Part shown: piece by piece, positions 20,111-28,424 of the stretch
Layout: every line of letters starts with the position of its first letter
Numbering within the stretch: the stretch's first letter is position 1
Virus record (IMG/VR): IMGVR_UViG_3300035392_000082
Coordinates: 1-45,295 of that record
DNA: 45,295 nt
Origin: a virus
Lineage: Duplodnaviria; Caudoviricetes
Direction: 5' to 3' (one strand)
The notes under the pieces: model-generated
The model's input: the letters and a program-made list of their open reading frames with translations, nothing else
Told to the model about the DNA's origin: nothing
The model's database searches: none
Translations under genes and position numbers: made by a program

Positions 20111-20770
20111 TTAAAAAGGTAAATCGGTTATATCATCATTTGTTGGTTTGTTACTATGGTAATTGCTACCTGATTGTTTATTTGAATTGTATGGTAGCGG
20201 TGGCACATAGTTAGCGACCAGTACGTTACCCATCAATTCGCTTAATAAATTATAATGTGCTCTAGCATAAATTACAGATATTTCTGCTTTTGTATATTGT
20301 GTTCCGTCAGAATGAAAGAATTTATGCCAACGATCATCGCCAGGACCAAATATAAATTTAACTACAGGGCGCTCTTCTTTTTTTGAAATGACGGAAATAA
20401 AAACACATCCATCTTTGTCTTTACCAATCCACGTGTCTGTTAAATGTACAGGGTCATTACTTCTTTGACCTTGTACATATTCATTTCCATAGTTTTCAAT
20501 TTTATATTTCACTTCTTCCATTGACTCGTATGTCATTTTTAGAAATTCTAAGAATGTGTAAAAAGCCAAACTATCCATTGCAGCAGTAATCATTCCATAA
20601 TTATATTGCTCATCACCTGGGTCATTTGTCCTTACAATAATCCTGGGATTATTCATGTAAATATCCCAACGTAATTGGGAGAATTTACCATGTGCAGTTG
20701 GACAAGGTGAGCTAAGCGATAGCTTAGAGTTATTTAATGCAGTTTTAACTTTCTCAGTTTTTTCAGCCAT
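20111..20770 (-). CDS. chmC: Probable ChmC/Imp6-like nucleic-acid-binding protein (phiKZ gp67 position)
   Basis: Synteny immediately before the gp68-like gene; N/S-rich tail ending DDITDLPF. Confidence 0.55.
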   Translation of the reverse strand: MAEKTEKVKTALNNSKLSLSSPCPTAHGKFSQLRWDIYMNNPRIIVRTNDPGDEQYNYGMITAAMDSLAFYTFLEFLKMTYESMEEVKYKIENYGNEYVQGQRSNDPVHLTDTWIGKDKDGCVFISVISKKEERPVVKFIFGPGDDRWHKFFHSDGTQYTKAEISVIYARAHYNLLSELMGNVLVANYVPPLPYNSNKQSGSNYHSNKPTNDDITDLPF

Positions 20771-20827
20771 TTTAGTTTCCTTTTAAATTAATGTCGGTGC
20801 ATTACATTGTTAAAGTTTATCTTTTTT

Positions 20828-21685
20828 CTACTTTAGCATTTGCAACAAAATCGTAATAGTGTATGGGTCAATTAGATTTTTAATATTTAACTTTATTCTT
20901 TCTTTATTTGTTACATTTGTCCATTTGTTTTTTTCTGCTAGTGCAATTATATTTTCCCTAGTTTCTTTAGGCCATGGTAAGAATGTAGAACTATCACCAA
21001 AAACTTGTAAAAATGTTTCATTAAACGGTATTCTCGTTAGATTTTTGTGATCTAAATATTTAGTATTCCACGTGTCTTTCTTTTTAAGTACACCAGTATG
21101 TGATTCTAGTAAATCTAACTCTAAGAAATTTTTCTCGCTTAATAAATCATACGCATAGCTAGTCATTGTCAGCACTTTATTTTTTACTTTAGGTTTTATT
21201 TCTAAATGAAAATGTTTTACAAAATCTGATTTAGCTTGTTTCTTAAAATACGCTCCTATACTTTTTACAAGTAAAGCAGTGTATATCTTTTGCTTTTCAG
21301 TAGTATCGTTCCGTAATCTAGAATGCGGATACTTTCTTTCTAACCCAGCATAATCAGATGCATAGATTACTACTTTAGTTTTCTCATACGTGATATCCTT
21401 TACTAATTGTTTAATTATATCAACTTCAAATTCAATTATATCACAAATGTCATTTGGCATCACTCCATTAAAACCATTCTTTGGTAAGGCTCCAATTATA
21501 TTCCTAAATAGCGTTAAACTATTTACCCAGAATTCATCGTACTGACTCAAATCAAATCTGGTCGGTATTAATCTATTTGGGTCATATGGTTCATTGGGCC
21601 CATCAGCTAATGTTTCTAGTGCTAAACTGGTCCCAATAGAAACTGGGAAAGCTGACATAGTTCTATCAGCTAACACAATAGTCAT
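20828..21685 (-). CDS. Conserved chimallivirus protein, possible PIN/5'-nuclease-like fold
   Basis: PVSIGTSLALE, N.LTLFRN and LLESHTG motifs; ATG 21685 overlaps the upstream stop. Fold is a guess. Confidence 0.5.
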   Translation of the reverse strand: MTIVLADRTMSAFPVSIGTSLALETLADGPNEPYDPNRLIPTRFDLSQYDEFWVNSLTLFRNIIGALPKNGFNGVMPNDICDIIEFEVDIIKQLVKDITYEKTKVVIYASDYAGLERKYPHSRLRNDTTEKQKIYTALLVKSIGAYFKKQAKSDFVKHFHLEIKPKVKNKVLTMTSYAYDLLSEKNFLELDLLESHTGVLKKKDTWNTKYLDHKNLTRIPFNETFLQVFGDSSTFLPWPKETRENIIALAEKNKWTNVTNKERIKLNIKNLIDPYTITILLQMLK

Positions 21686-22821
21686 GTTAATTCCTTCAAG
21701 TGTAACATACATCTATCTAGTACATTACTATCAATGTTCATTTTATTAATCCTGTCCGTCACTAATGGAATAATAGTATCTTTACTAATTATCATTGGTG
21801 TATAAATAGATTCATCAATTACATTTACTGTGTCTTCTTTTTCATCCTTATCTTTTATTAACATGCTCCAATTTAATAAAGGCCATCTTTTTCTAACTGT
21901 ATCTAAACTACTAGTAATAGCATTTCCTTGCTTAGATGTTATTCTGACATAAGACCCAGTATTGAGTAGTTTTACTTTTTTATCTATTCTTTTTAAGTTT
22001 ATTTCTACATCTTCGTATGGGCAATTTATAGTTAAAAACTTTCTAGCATTAGTATTCTCTATAAACGAAACGGTGTAGCTATAATCAGGATTTAATGTAG
22101 CATCTAAATACCCTTTACTTTCTTCTTCACCGTGAGCTAATCTATCAAAGCTACCACCGGCATAAATTCTATCTAAAGAAGAATGTTTATGAATATGTCC
22201 AATAAATATTAAACCTTTTACTAGCTCTAAATACTCTTTACTATTATGTTTGATATTATCCTTTATCATTCCATCCATTTGATAATCAAAAAGACCATGC
22301 ATTATTGCGATGTCTACTTTATCAATATCCTTACTTTGAAGTAGTTCTTTAACCTCTGTTAAAGTTACAGAAGTTTCATGATTCCATTCATCAGGAACGT
22401 ATAACACATTAATATCAAATTTTTCAATGTACTCCACGCTTAACGTTTTAATGTATGCAATATCTACATAAGAGTGAGATACATTACAATGTATATTTGC
22501 TATGACGTCAAATCTAACTGATTGTTGTCTATCGTGACTAGGTGTACCTTCTAGCACTCTTACAACAATATTATACTTATTACATTTCTTCAAAAACCTA
22601 GAAATCCACATATCAATTAACCCAGCGTCTACGCTTGGATAGGTTAAGAGGTCATCAAAAAAATCTCCTGCAATAAATACAATATCTAGATTAGATAAAT
22701 GTAAATCATTAGAAAAACAATTATATAAATTTTCTAAAATGTATTTGGTTTCATTTCTCTTACTGCCGACATGCACATCAGAAATGACCGATATTCTAAG
22801 TGGTTTAGAATTCAAATTCAT
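21682..22821 (-). CDS. SbcD/Mre11-like metallophosphoesterase nuclease
   Basis: SDVH, AGDFFD, GTPSHD, MHG, GHIH, GSFDRL.HGEE..KG. Confidence 0.88.
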   Translation of the reverse strand: MNLNSKPLRISVISDVHVGSKRNETKYILENLYNCFSNDLHLSNLDIVFIAGDFFDDLLTYPSVDAGLIDMWISRFLKKCNKYNIVVRVLEGTPSHDRQQSVRFDVIANIHCNVSHSYVDIAYIKTLSVEYIEKFDINVLYVPDEWNHETSVTLTEVKELLQSKDIDKVDIAIMHGLFDYQMDGMIKDNIKHNSKEYLELVKGLIFIGHIHKHSSLDRIYAGGSFDRLAHGEEESKGYLDATLNPDYSYTVSFIENTNARKFLTINCPYEDVEINLKRIDKKVKLLNTGSYVRITSKQGNAITSSLDTVRKRWPLLNWSMLIKDKDEKEDTVNVIDESIYTPMIISKDTIIPLVTDRINKMNIDSNVLDRCMLHLKELT

Positions 22822-23347
22822 ATTGATCATCACTATCTAATTCTTTAGATTTTTTGTTAATCGTAATTTTTCCATAGTACTGAAATAATTCAATCCATTC
22901 CTTTTCCAGCGTACTTGAATCATGATCAGCTGATAAATTATTTAATCTATTATTCAATTCATCATTTACAATGTTATTAGCTAATCGTGGACTTAAACTA
23001 GCTTTTTCTCTAGCTAGTTTAAATATATAAGACAAATCTTCATTTCTATTCACTATAGGAGAGATCACATCTCTATCATGAATAGGTGGTACTCTTGCTA
23101 TAACCTTACCATTATTATCTAGGATATTAACAGCGCTATATGTGGACCCAGCAATATTAATCCAAGTACTTAATACCTCATTATCACTATCTTCCATTTC
23201 TCCAGAAAAATACGGTAAGAAATATGTTCTGAACATAATGTCTGGAATATTACGTACATTATATTTTTCCATTGATGCAAAACCTTCCTTCAAGAATTCT
23301 AGCCTTTCATCAAACTGTTTTTCCATTAAACTTTTAATTTCATTCAT
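22805..23347 (-). CDS. Hypothetical conserved phage protein
   Basis: 180-aa ORF in operon. Confidence 0.65.
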   Translation of the reverse strand: MNEIKSLMEKQFDERLEFLKEGFASMEKYNVRNIPDIMFRTYFLPYFSGEMEDSDNEVLSTWINIAGSTYSAVNILDNNGKVIARVPPIHDRDVISPIVNRNEDLSYIFKLAREKASLSPRLANNIVNDELNNRLNNLSADHDSSTLEKEWIELFQYYGKITINKKSKELDSDDQYEFEF

Positions 23348-23349
23348 TT

Positions 23350-23757
23350 TTAATTTCCTGTATTATTGATTTTTACAATTTTTTGCATTTTACCATCTAC
23401 AGCTTCTAGTAATCTCATAAAGGTATAACTAGATCCAGCTTCCGTTACTGTTATACTAATAGTTAATTCAATATTAGAAACTTCCGTATCAGGTGTTGTA
23501 ACTTTAACATCGGCATCAAGATAATAGCGTTTAAGATAATCCTTTAAACCGTTAGTTAAACCAAGTATAGTTGATTCAATATGGTTACCACTATTTTCTA
23601 TAATCCGAGTTAAACTAGTTACATGGCCTTTGTATAAATACGTTTGATTATAATCAGATAAGAAGAAATGACTCAATAAGAAATCAAATTTTTTTACAGC
23701 ATCAGTGATGTAGCCTAGTGTTGATAAAGTCGGTACTGGGGTTATTTGATCTGACAT
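23350..23757 (-). CDS. Hypothetical conserved phage protein
   Basis: 135 aa, AGGAG RBS. Confidence 0.65.
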   Translation of the reverse strand: MSDQITPVPTLSTLGYITDAVKKFDFLLSHFFLSDYNQTYLYKGHVTSLTRIIENSGNHIESTILGLTNGLKDYLKRYYLDADVKVTTPDTEVSNIELTISITVTEAGSSYTFMRLLEAVDGKMQKIVKINNTGN

Positions 23758-23778
23758 ATTTCTCCTAGTTACAAAAAA

Positions 23779-23804
23779 ATGGTAGTGCGTTTCTGCACTA
23801 CCAT
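23779..23804 (-). terminator. Rho-independent terminator
   Basis: atggtagtgc / gcactaccat stem followed by a T-run on the minus strand. Confidence 0.7.
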
Positions 23805-23807
23805 ATA

Positions 23808-24440
23808 TTACATCATTCCTCCATCGGAATGTGTTGGATCATCTCTACATAGAGCTAACAGATATTCCAATTGTGTCCAACCAGATAATATATCAGTTTT
23901 TTCATAAAGTAATAAATCTCTATCACCTTCCTTTAATTGATCCATGTACTGAACGATTTTATAATCATCTTCAGATACTTGTACCATACAATCCATTACG
24001 CGTCTATAATCGTAATGGTTTTCTCCAATATCACCTGGACTCATGTCTACATAGCTAGTAGAATATCCATCAATTCTTTGATTATGATACATTTCTCTAG
24101 TAGTAGGATTAGCCATTAGCCATCTCTGCATTACTAATCCGGCATCTTGAAAATCACATAAAACAGATAGTTCTCTGATATTATCTATTCTAATTTCCGT
24201 AGTCCCCATTACTCGATTTACTACATCTCTAGCAAATCTCATTGCGTCACTATTATGAAAATACTCATATAACTCTCTACCTTTTTCCATAAATTGTTTA
24301 GCTGGCTCTGTTAAAGTATTACTTAAATTATCAAATTGACTTCTAAGATAATTCAAGGTAGATGGATGAGTTTCGCCGTATAATAAAGCATTAAATTCAT
24401 CAGCCGCTCCCATGTTTGTTAACGGAAAAGCGTAACTCAT
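23808..24440 (-). CDS. Conserved chimallivirus core protein
   Basis: 210 aa, AGGAG RBS, MQRWLMANP and HYDYRRVMD motifs; function unknown. Confidence 0.65.
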   Translation of the reverse strand: MSYAFPLTNMGAADEFNALLYGETHPSTLNYLRSQFDNLSNTLTEPAKQFMEKGRELYEYFHNSDAMRFARDVVNRVMGTTEIRIDNIRELSVLCDFQDAGLVMQRWLMANPTTREMYHNQRIDGYSTSYVDMSPGDIGENHYDYRRVMDCMVQVSEDDYKIVQYMDQLKEGDRDLLLYEKTDILSGWTQLEYLLALCRDDPTHSDGGMM

Positions 24441-24453
24441 TAATTACTCCTAT

Positions 24454-24684
24454 TTAATTAAAAGCTAATTGTTCCAAAAAGTTTTGTTTAATTGGATTTA
24501 TTTCACGATTACTGATATCATAGTGCATGTAGTTACTAATGGTAGATACTACAGGACTAGGTATAGATGCGCATTTTGAAAGACCGCGATGTTCATTAAT
24601 GTCAAACATATTTTTATGCGGTGCTAACGATTCTGCTTCATCTATAGTGTCATTATCCATTAACAGTATTAAGTTCATCTGATC
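24454..24684 (-). CDS. nvRNAP beta'-like subunit, exon 4 (DQMNLILL...)
   Basis: Begins GAT CAG ATG AAC right after the intron-terminal G; supplies the last Asp of NADFDGD. Confidence 0.88.
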   Translation of the reverse strand, partial: DQMNLILLMDNDTIDEAESLAPHKNMFDINEHRGLSKCASIPSPVVSTISNYMHYDISNREINPIKQNFLEQLAFN

Positions 24685-25033
24685 CAATTGATTCAATTAG
24701 GTTCGTTATTCCTAACCCGCTACAGCGACTCTCACGAGCGGCTAAGCTGCTGCATGTCTCCATGCACGTTTAGACTATATCTTTACTATGTAAATAGTAA
24801 CTTCCATTTCCACTCACTTGAGTGTACTCGCTTGCGCGTTAGTCGTTGAGCTTTATCCATGGTAATAATATATTACTGTAGGATCTTAGTTGCGGATTGA
24901 CTAATTCATTTCTTTGTTACTATACCCAGGTAATTATTCTGGCCACTAATAAATTTCTAATATTAGTTTAGTAGAAATGACTCTAAAGTGTTTCCCGTCA
25001 GTTAGAAAGTTTTAATGACAGCGTTCAAATTTT
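24685..25033 (-). mobile_element. Group I intron 3 (ORF-less, 349 nt)
   Basis: P1 GACGGU pairs with GCUGUC (U-G at the splice site); P10 AUUUGA/UCAGAU; P, Q, R and S elements; terminal G. Confidence 0.9.
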
Positions 25034-25045
25034 ACCGTCGAAATC
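25034..25045 (-). CDS. 12-nt micro-exon 3 encoding DFDG
   Basis: Minus strand aaaag|GAT TTC GAC GGT|aaaatt between two complete group I cores. Confidence 0.88.
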
Positions 25046-25376
25046 CTTTTGTCCAATCAATTCGTTAAATTGACCCGGTATGTTGTACCTGCTATATGTC
25101 TCCATACAGAACAGACTATATCTTCTACCAGTTTGTAAACTGGTAGTCCACTGCTTCGGGGTTACTAACCCCTACTCGCTTATGCGTTAGTCGTTGAACC
25201 TTACTCATATCTTTCGACTTAGAGTCTTGGCTGCTGATTGTCTCTACTTAATATTTTTCAAACTATCATAATCTCTTTTCAGGATTATTGTAGTATATTA
25301 GTCTAGCGAGAGTTTCCAGCAATTCAATGGATTTTACATATGTCATTACTGACATAGTAGCCTACTTTTTCGGTCA
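25046..25376 (-). mobile_element. Group I intron 2 (ORF-less, 331 nt)
   Basis: 5' site after AAU GCU; P AAUUGCUGGAAA, Q AAUCAGCAG, R GUUCAACGACUA, S AAGAUAUAGUC; P10 CGAAA/UUUCG; terminal G. Confidence 0.9.
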
Positions 25377-25468
25377 AGCATTTTGGATTCTAACCGATAA
25401 AATAGATAAAGTTAATGTGGGGTCATCTGGGTCCGTCTTTACCTTAGTAATCCTCATTCTCTGGCATG
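25377..25468 (-). CDS. nvRNAP beta'-like subunit, exon 2 (92 nt)
   Basis: Joins exon 1 as RNPSLVRG-S-CQRMRITKVK...SVRIQNA, keeping the frame. Confidence 0.85.
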
Positions 25469-27207
25469 CCTTGTATTCACATGTGTCGTTAATACATGCA
25501 GTTCTCTCTGTTATTATAAACAGGAACTTCCCTAAAATTTCTCTAGGATAGTAGATCATGTCTTCATCCTCAGTATTAGCTGTTAGGATGTCCACCGTTT
25601 CACACATCACTTGATGGCTACGAGACCGACGTCTCTGATCGTTGAACTTTCTCGCATATTTGCAACATTAAGATTTTTTGATCAATAAATGCAAACTTAG
25701 GAGCTTAGCTGCATAGTTACCCAATCCAAATCGTTTTCAAACATTCGCTTTGACTTTCGTCTCGCAGTAGTGATTTGGCTCTAAGGGACTCCTAGCAATT
25801 AAATGGATTATCTTTTACAATTACTTGTAAAAGGGACATTTTTATATTAACTAAACAATATATCTAACTTTATACCCGTCTATTATAGCCGCGCCGTTAT
25901 TACTGTACAAACAATCTGACACGTACCGGTTCCCTTTTGATAGAAACCGAGAAAATTCACGCGGGCTACAATACACTTTCACGCTACCGTTCGGATCAGT
26001 AACATGAATGGGATTTTTAATACCTCTTTTATTTTTAAAAGCAATTATTTCATCTTCTGTATACTTTCTATCTGGTTTAGGGCTACTTAAAAATCCAAAT
26101 ACTAATCCTCTAACTGGCCACGCGAACGGTGATTCGACGGCTGTTCTAACTTCATCTTTTGTAAAGTTTAAAACGTTAGCTAGTTTAGTAGGTGAGTCAG
26201 CTAAGTATTTCATACCTGTAACAATATCTTTAGCATAGCACTTTAAATCATTTTTATGCAAATTATAGATTTTCTCAAATGCTTCTAATTCTGTTTTTTT
26301 ATACAATGGCCAATCATTATCAACAATTTTAACAAAGTATCTAAATTTAATAAGCGATTGTTTTTTTAGAAAATAGTGCAGTGTACCACTATTCATTTCT
26401 AGATAATTAGCGCCATCAGTTAAACTATTAAATCTATTTACGGTACCTGTATGATAATCTTTAATAAAAATTTCAAGTTTAACATCCCTTAATTTAGTAT
26501 TCATTGCGTGTATGTTATTATCACTATAGGTAACCCATTCTAAATTAATTAAATCATTATTAAACTTATTTCCATCTATGTGATTAATGGTTAGTTGATT
26601 TACATTAGGGGTATATTCTATAAATGCTAAACCTATTGCGCGATGGACACCTAATACTGTTCTGTATCCATTATCACATTCAATATTAAAATTGATATAG
26701 GTGTTTTCAACTCTAAAGTTTGCTTGCCTAGTACTTACATAAAAATTTCTTTCTCTATTATAAACAACACCGTATCTGTTTATACAATATTTACTAAAAC
26801 CAGGTATGATTTTAAAACCGTTTAAAAATGGGTCATCTTGTCCACCTAATGGTGGTTTCCATATTAATTCAGCTAAATCAAGTTTATTTTCACTATTTTT
26901 TAACACTGTCCAGTTTTTTATAAAAACACTTGAGTTATAAACAGGTTTAAAAGTTATAGCCATTAACCAGGTTATATCATATTTAGAAAGGCAATTAAAT
27001 AATTTTAATAAATATATTCCGTTTTCTTCTGGTTTAACAATTTCTCCAGTTAAAATATTTTTTATTATACCTTCAACGTTTATTGTGTAAACATTGTCCG
27101 AATAAGGTATAGTTAATTCGTTAGTTTTGATATATTGTCTTAGCATGAGTAATTCCTATTAGTTTATCATACTATGGTTACTCACACCAGTTAATGGAGT
27201 ATTGTTT
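25469..27207 (-). mobile_element. Group I intron 1 with HNH homing endonuclease
   Basis: 5' site GGAU|AA; P1 GGAU/GUCC; P AAUUGCUAGGAG; R GUUCAACGAUCA and S AAGACAUGAUC; terminal G at 25469. Confidence 0.85.
25851..27146 (-). CDS. Intron-encoded HNH homing endonuclease
   Basis: VHRAIGLAF...INHIDGNKFNN...NLEWVTYSDNNIHA; IPGFSKYCINRYG; FNSLTDGA. Confidence 0.92.
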   Translation of the reverse strand: MLRQYIKTNELTIPYSDNVYTINVEGIIKNILTGEIVKPEENGIYLLKLFNCLSKYDITWLMAITFKPVYNSSVFIKNWTVLKNSENKLDLAELIWKPPLGGQDDPFLNGFKIIPGFSKYCINRYGVVYNRERNFYVSTRQANFRVENTYINFNIECDNGYRTVLGVHRAIGLAFIEYTPNVNQLTINHIDGNKFNNDLINLEWVTYSDNNIHAMNTKLRDVKLEIFIKDYHTGTVNRFNSLTDGANYLEMNSGTLHYFLKKQSLIKFRYFVKIVDNDWPLYKKTELEAFEKIYNLHKNDLKCYAKDIVTGMKYLADSPTKLANVLNFTKDEVRTAVESPFAWPVRGLVFGFLSSPKPDRKYTEDEIIAFKNKRGIKNPIHVTDPNGSVKVYCSPREFSRFLSKGNRYVSDCLYSNNGAAIIDGYKVRYIV

Positions 27208-28345
27208 ATCCGCGTACTAATGAGGGGTTTCTTGAAAACAGACAATATATACATTTATCAGGGGACTCGTCAATTAACTCTTGAAATAATTTATCAATTA
27301 ATTCATTATATTTACAAGTCATTTCCTGTAATAATGCAGCTGCATTTGTAGGATTAAAACCTAACTTTAACAATTTGTTTGTTAAATGAATTTTAAACAT
27401 AGTAACGCCTACGCCCCATGAAATATGTAATTCGTCATATTCATGCGCTACTGTATTTGATGAAATTACTGCTCTAGCAGAAAAGTAATTTCTACTACCA
27501 AAAATATGTTTTCTAAATAACCCTCCTTTACTAGCCATGATATCTTCGTATACATTATTACAAAAATCAGCTAGAATAAATAAGGTTTTAGCAGTTCTGT
27601 TTTCTCTTTGTTTCTGGGTGAATGTACATAATTTTGTATCAATACCTGTAATTGTTCTAATAGCATCTACTGCTCCAACAACAATTGGGTCTACGAATAT
27701 TCCAACTTCAGTATCCTCAATAACCAACAAAGATTTGTTTGGTAAAGGAAGATGCCAACTCAAACAACAACTTCTATTTTGTAATAAATGTTCTTGTAAA
27801 TATTCTCGAACACCTTTCTTAGGTCTAAAGTGTTTTAATGAGAATAATATTTCTATATATTGATCAAAGTTTTTAACAAAATTATTATAACCTCTTTGTA
27901 CCCCCAGATTTAATAGCTGATCTAATTCGATCGGTCTATTATAAGCTGACCTGTAATCCGTATTACAAAGCCATTCAATTATATTAAATTTAGCTTTTGT
28001 AAATTTGGCACTCAGTTGTATTAATACCATTGGATTTATTAATTTCTCTACACCAACAGGTGATCTCATCCATATTAGTGTTTGTAATTCCTGATCAAAT
28101 AATTCTTTAACAGGTGTTTTACAATTACTACAAACTAACCCAAGATTATAACCGCTCTTTAGTTTACCGCATTCACAAGACGGTTCATTACTCATTAACT
28201 CACTTTCTGTTCTAGTAGAAATTAAATTATCTACATAATCTCTTTCGGTTTCAGTCACTGTGCTAATATCGTTAACTACAATAGGCGTAACTGTGGATTC
28301 ATTAAAAAGATCGTCGCCATTATTTAATGCTAAATAAACACCCAT
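27208..28345 (-). CDS. nvRNAP beta'-like subunit, exon 1 (phiKZ gp55-like)
   Basis: CECG...CSNC Zn ribbon, GLFRKHIFGSR..FSARAVI, RNPSL; directly downstream of chimallin. Confidence 0.9.
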
Positions 28346-28381
28346 TTAAATTCCTTTAAAAAATTAATAGAGGTCAAATAA

Positions 28382-28409
28382 CAGAGATCGCTTTTAAAGG
28401 CAATCTCTG
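28382..28409. terminator. Hairpin after chmA
   Basis: Imperfect stem cagagatcgc / gcaatctctg. Confidence 0.55.
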
Positions 28410-28424
28410 ATTATTTTTTTTTAA

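Noticed and set aside
24454-24696. 80-aa ORF, and the 11248-12198 ORF, as independent genes
   Set aside because: Their TTG starts lie inside the intron 3' ends; they are terminal exons.
24860-24880. TATATTAC on the + strand inside the duplicated introns as an antisense promoter
   Set aside because: Part of an intron hairpin; lacks the flanking promoter consensus.
25374-25610. 78-aa ORF as a separate gene
   Set aside because: The first part is intron 1 RNA (S element region); only 25468-25377 is exon.
24685-27207. Pseudogene, intein or stop-codon reassignment as cause of the broken RNAP gene
   Set aside because: Interruptions contain stops and full ribozyme elements, splicing restores the frame, and other genes read normally in the standard code.
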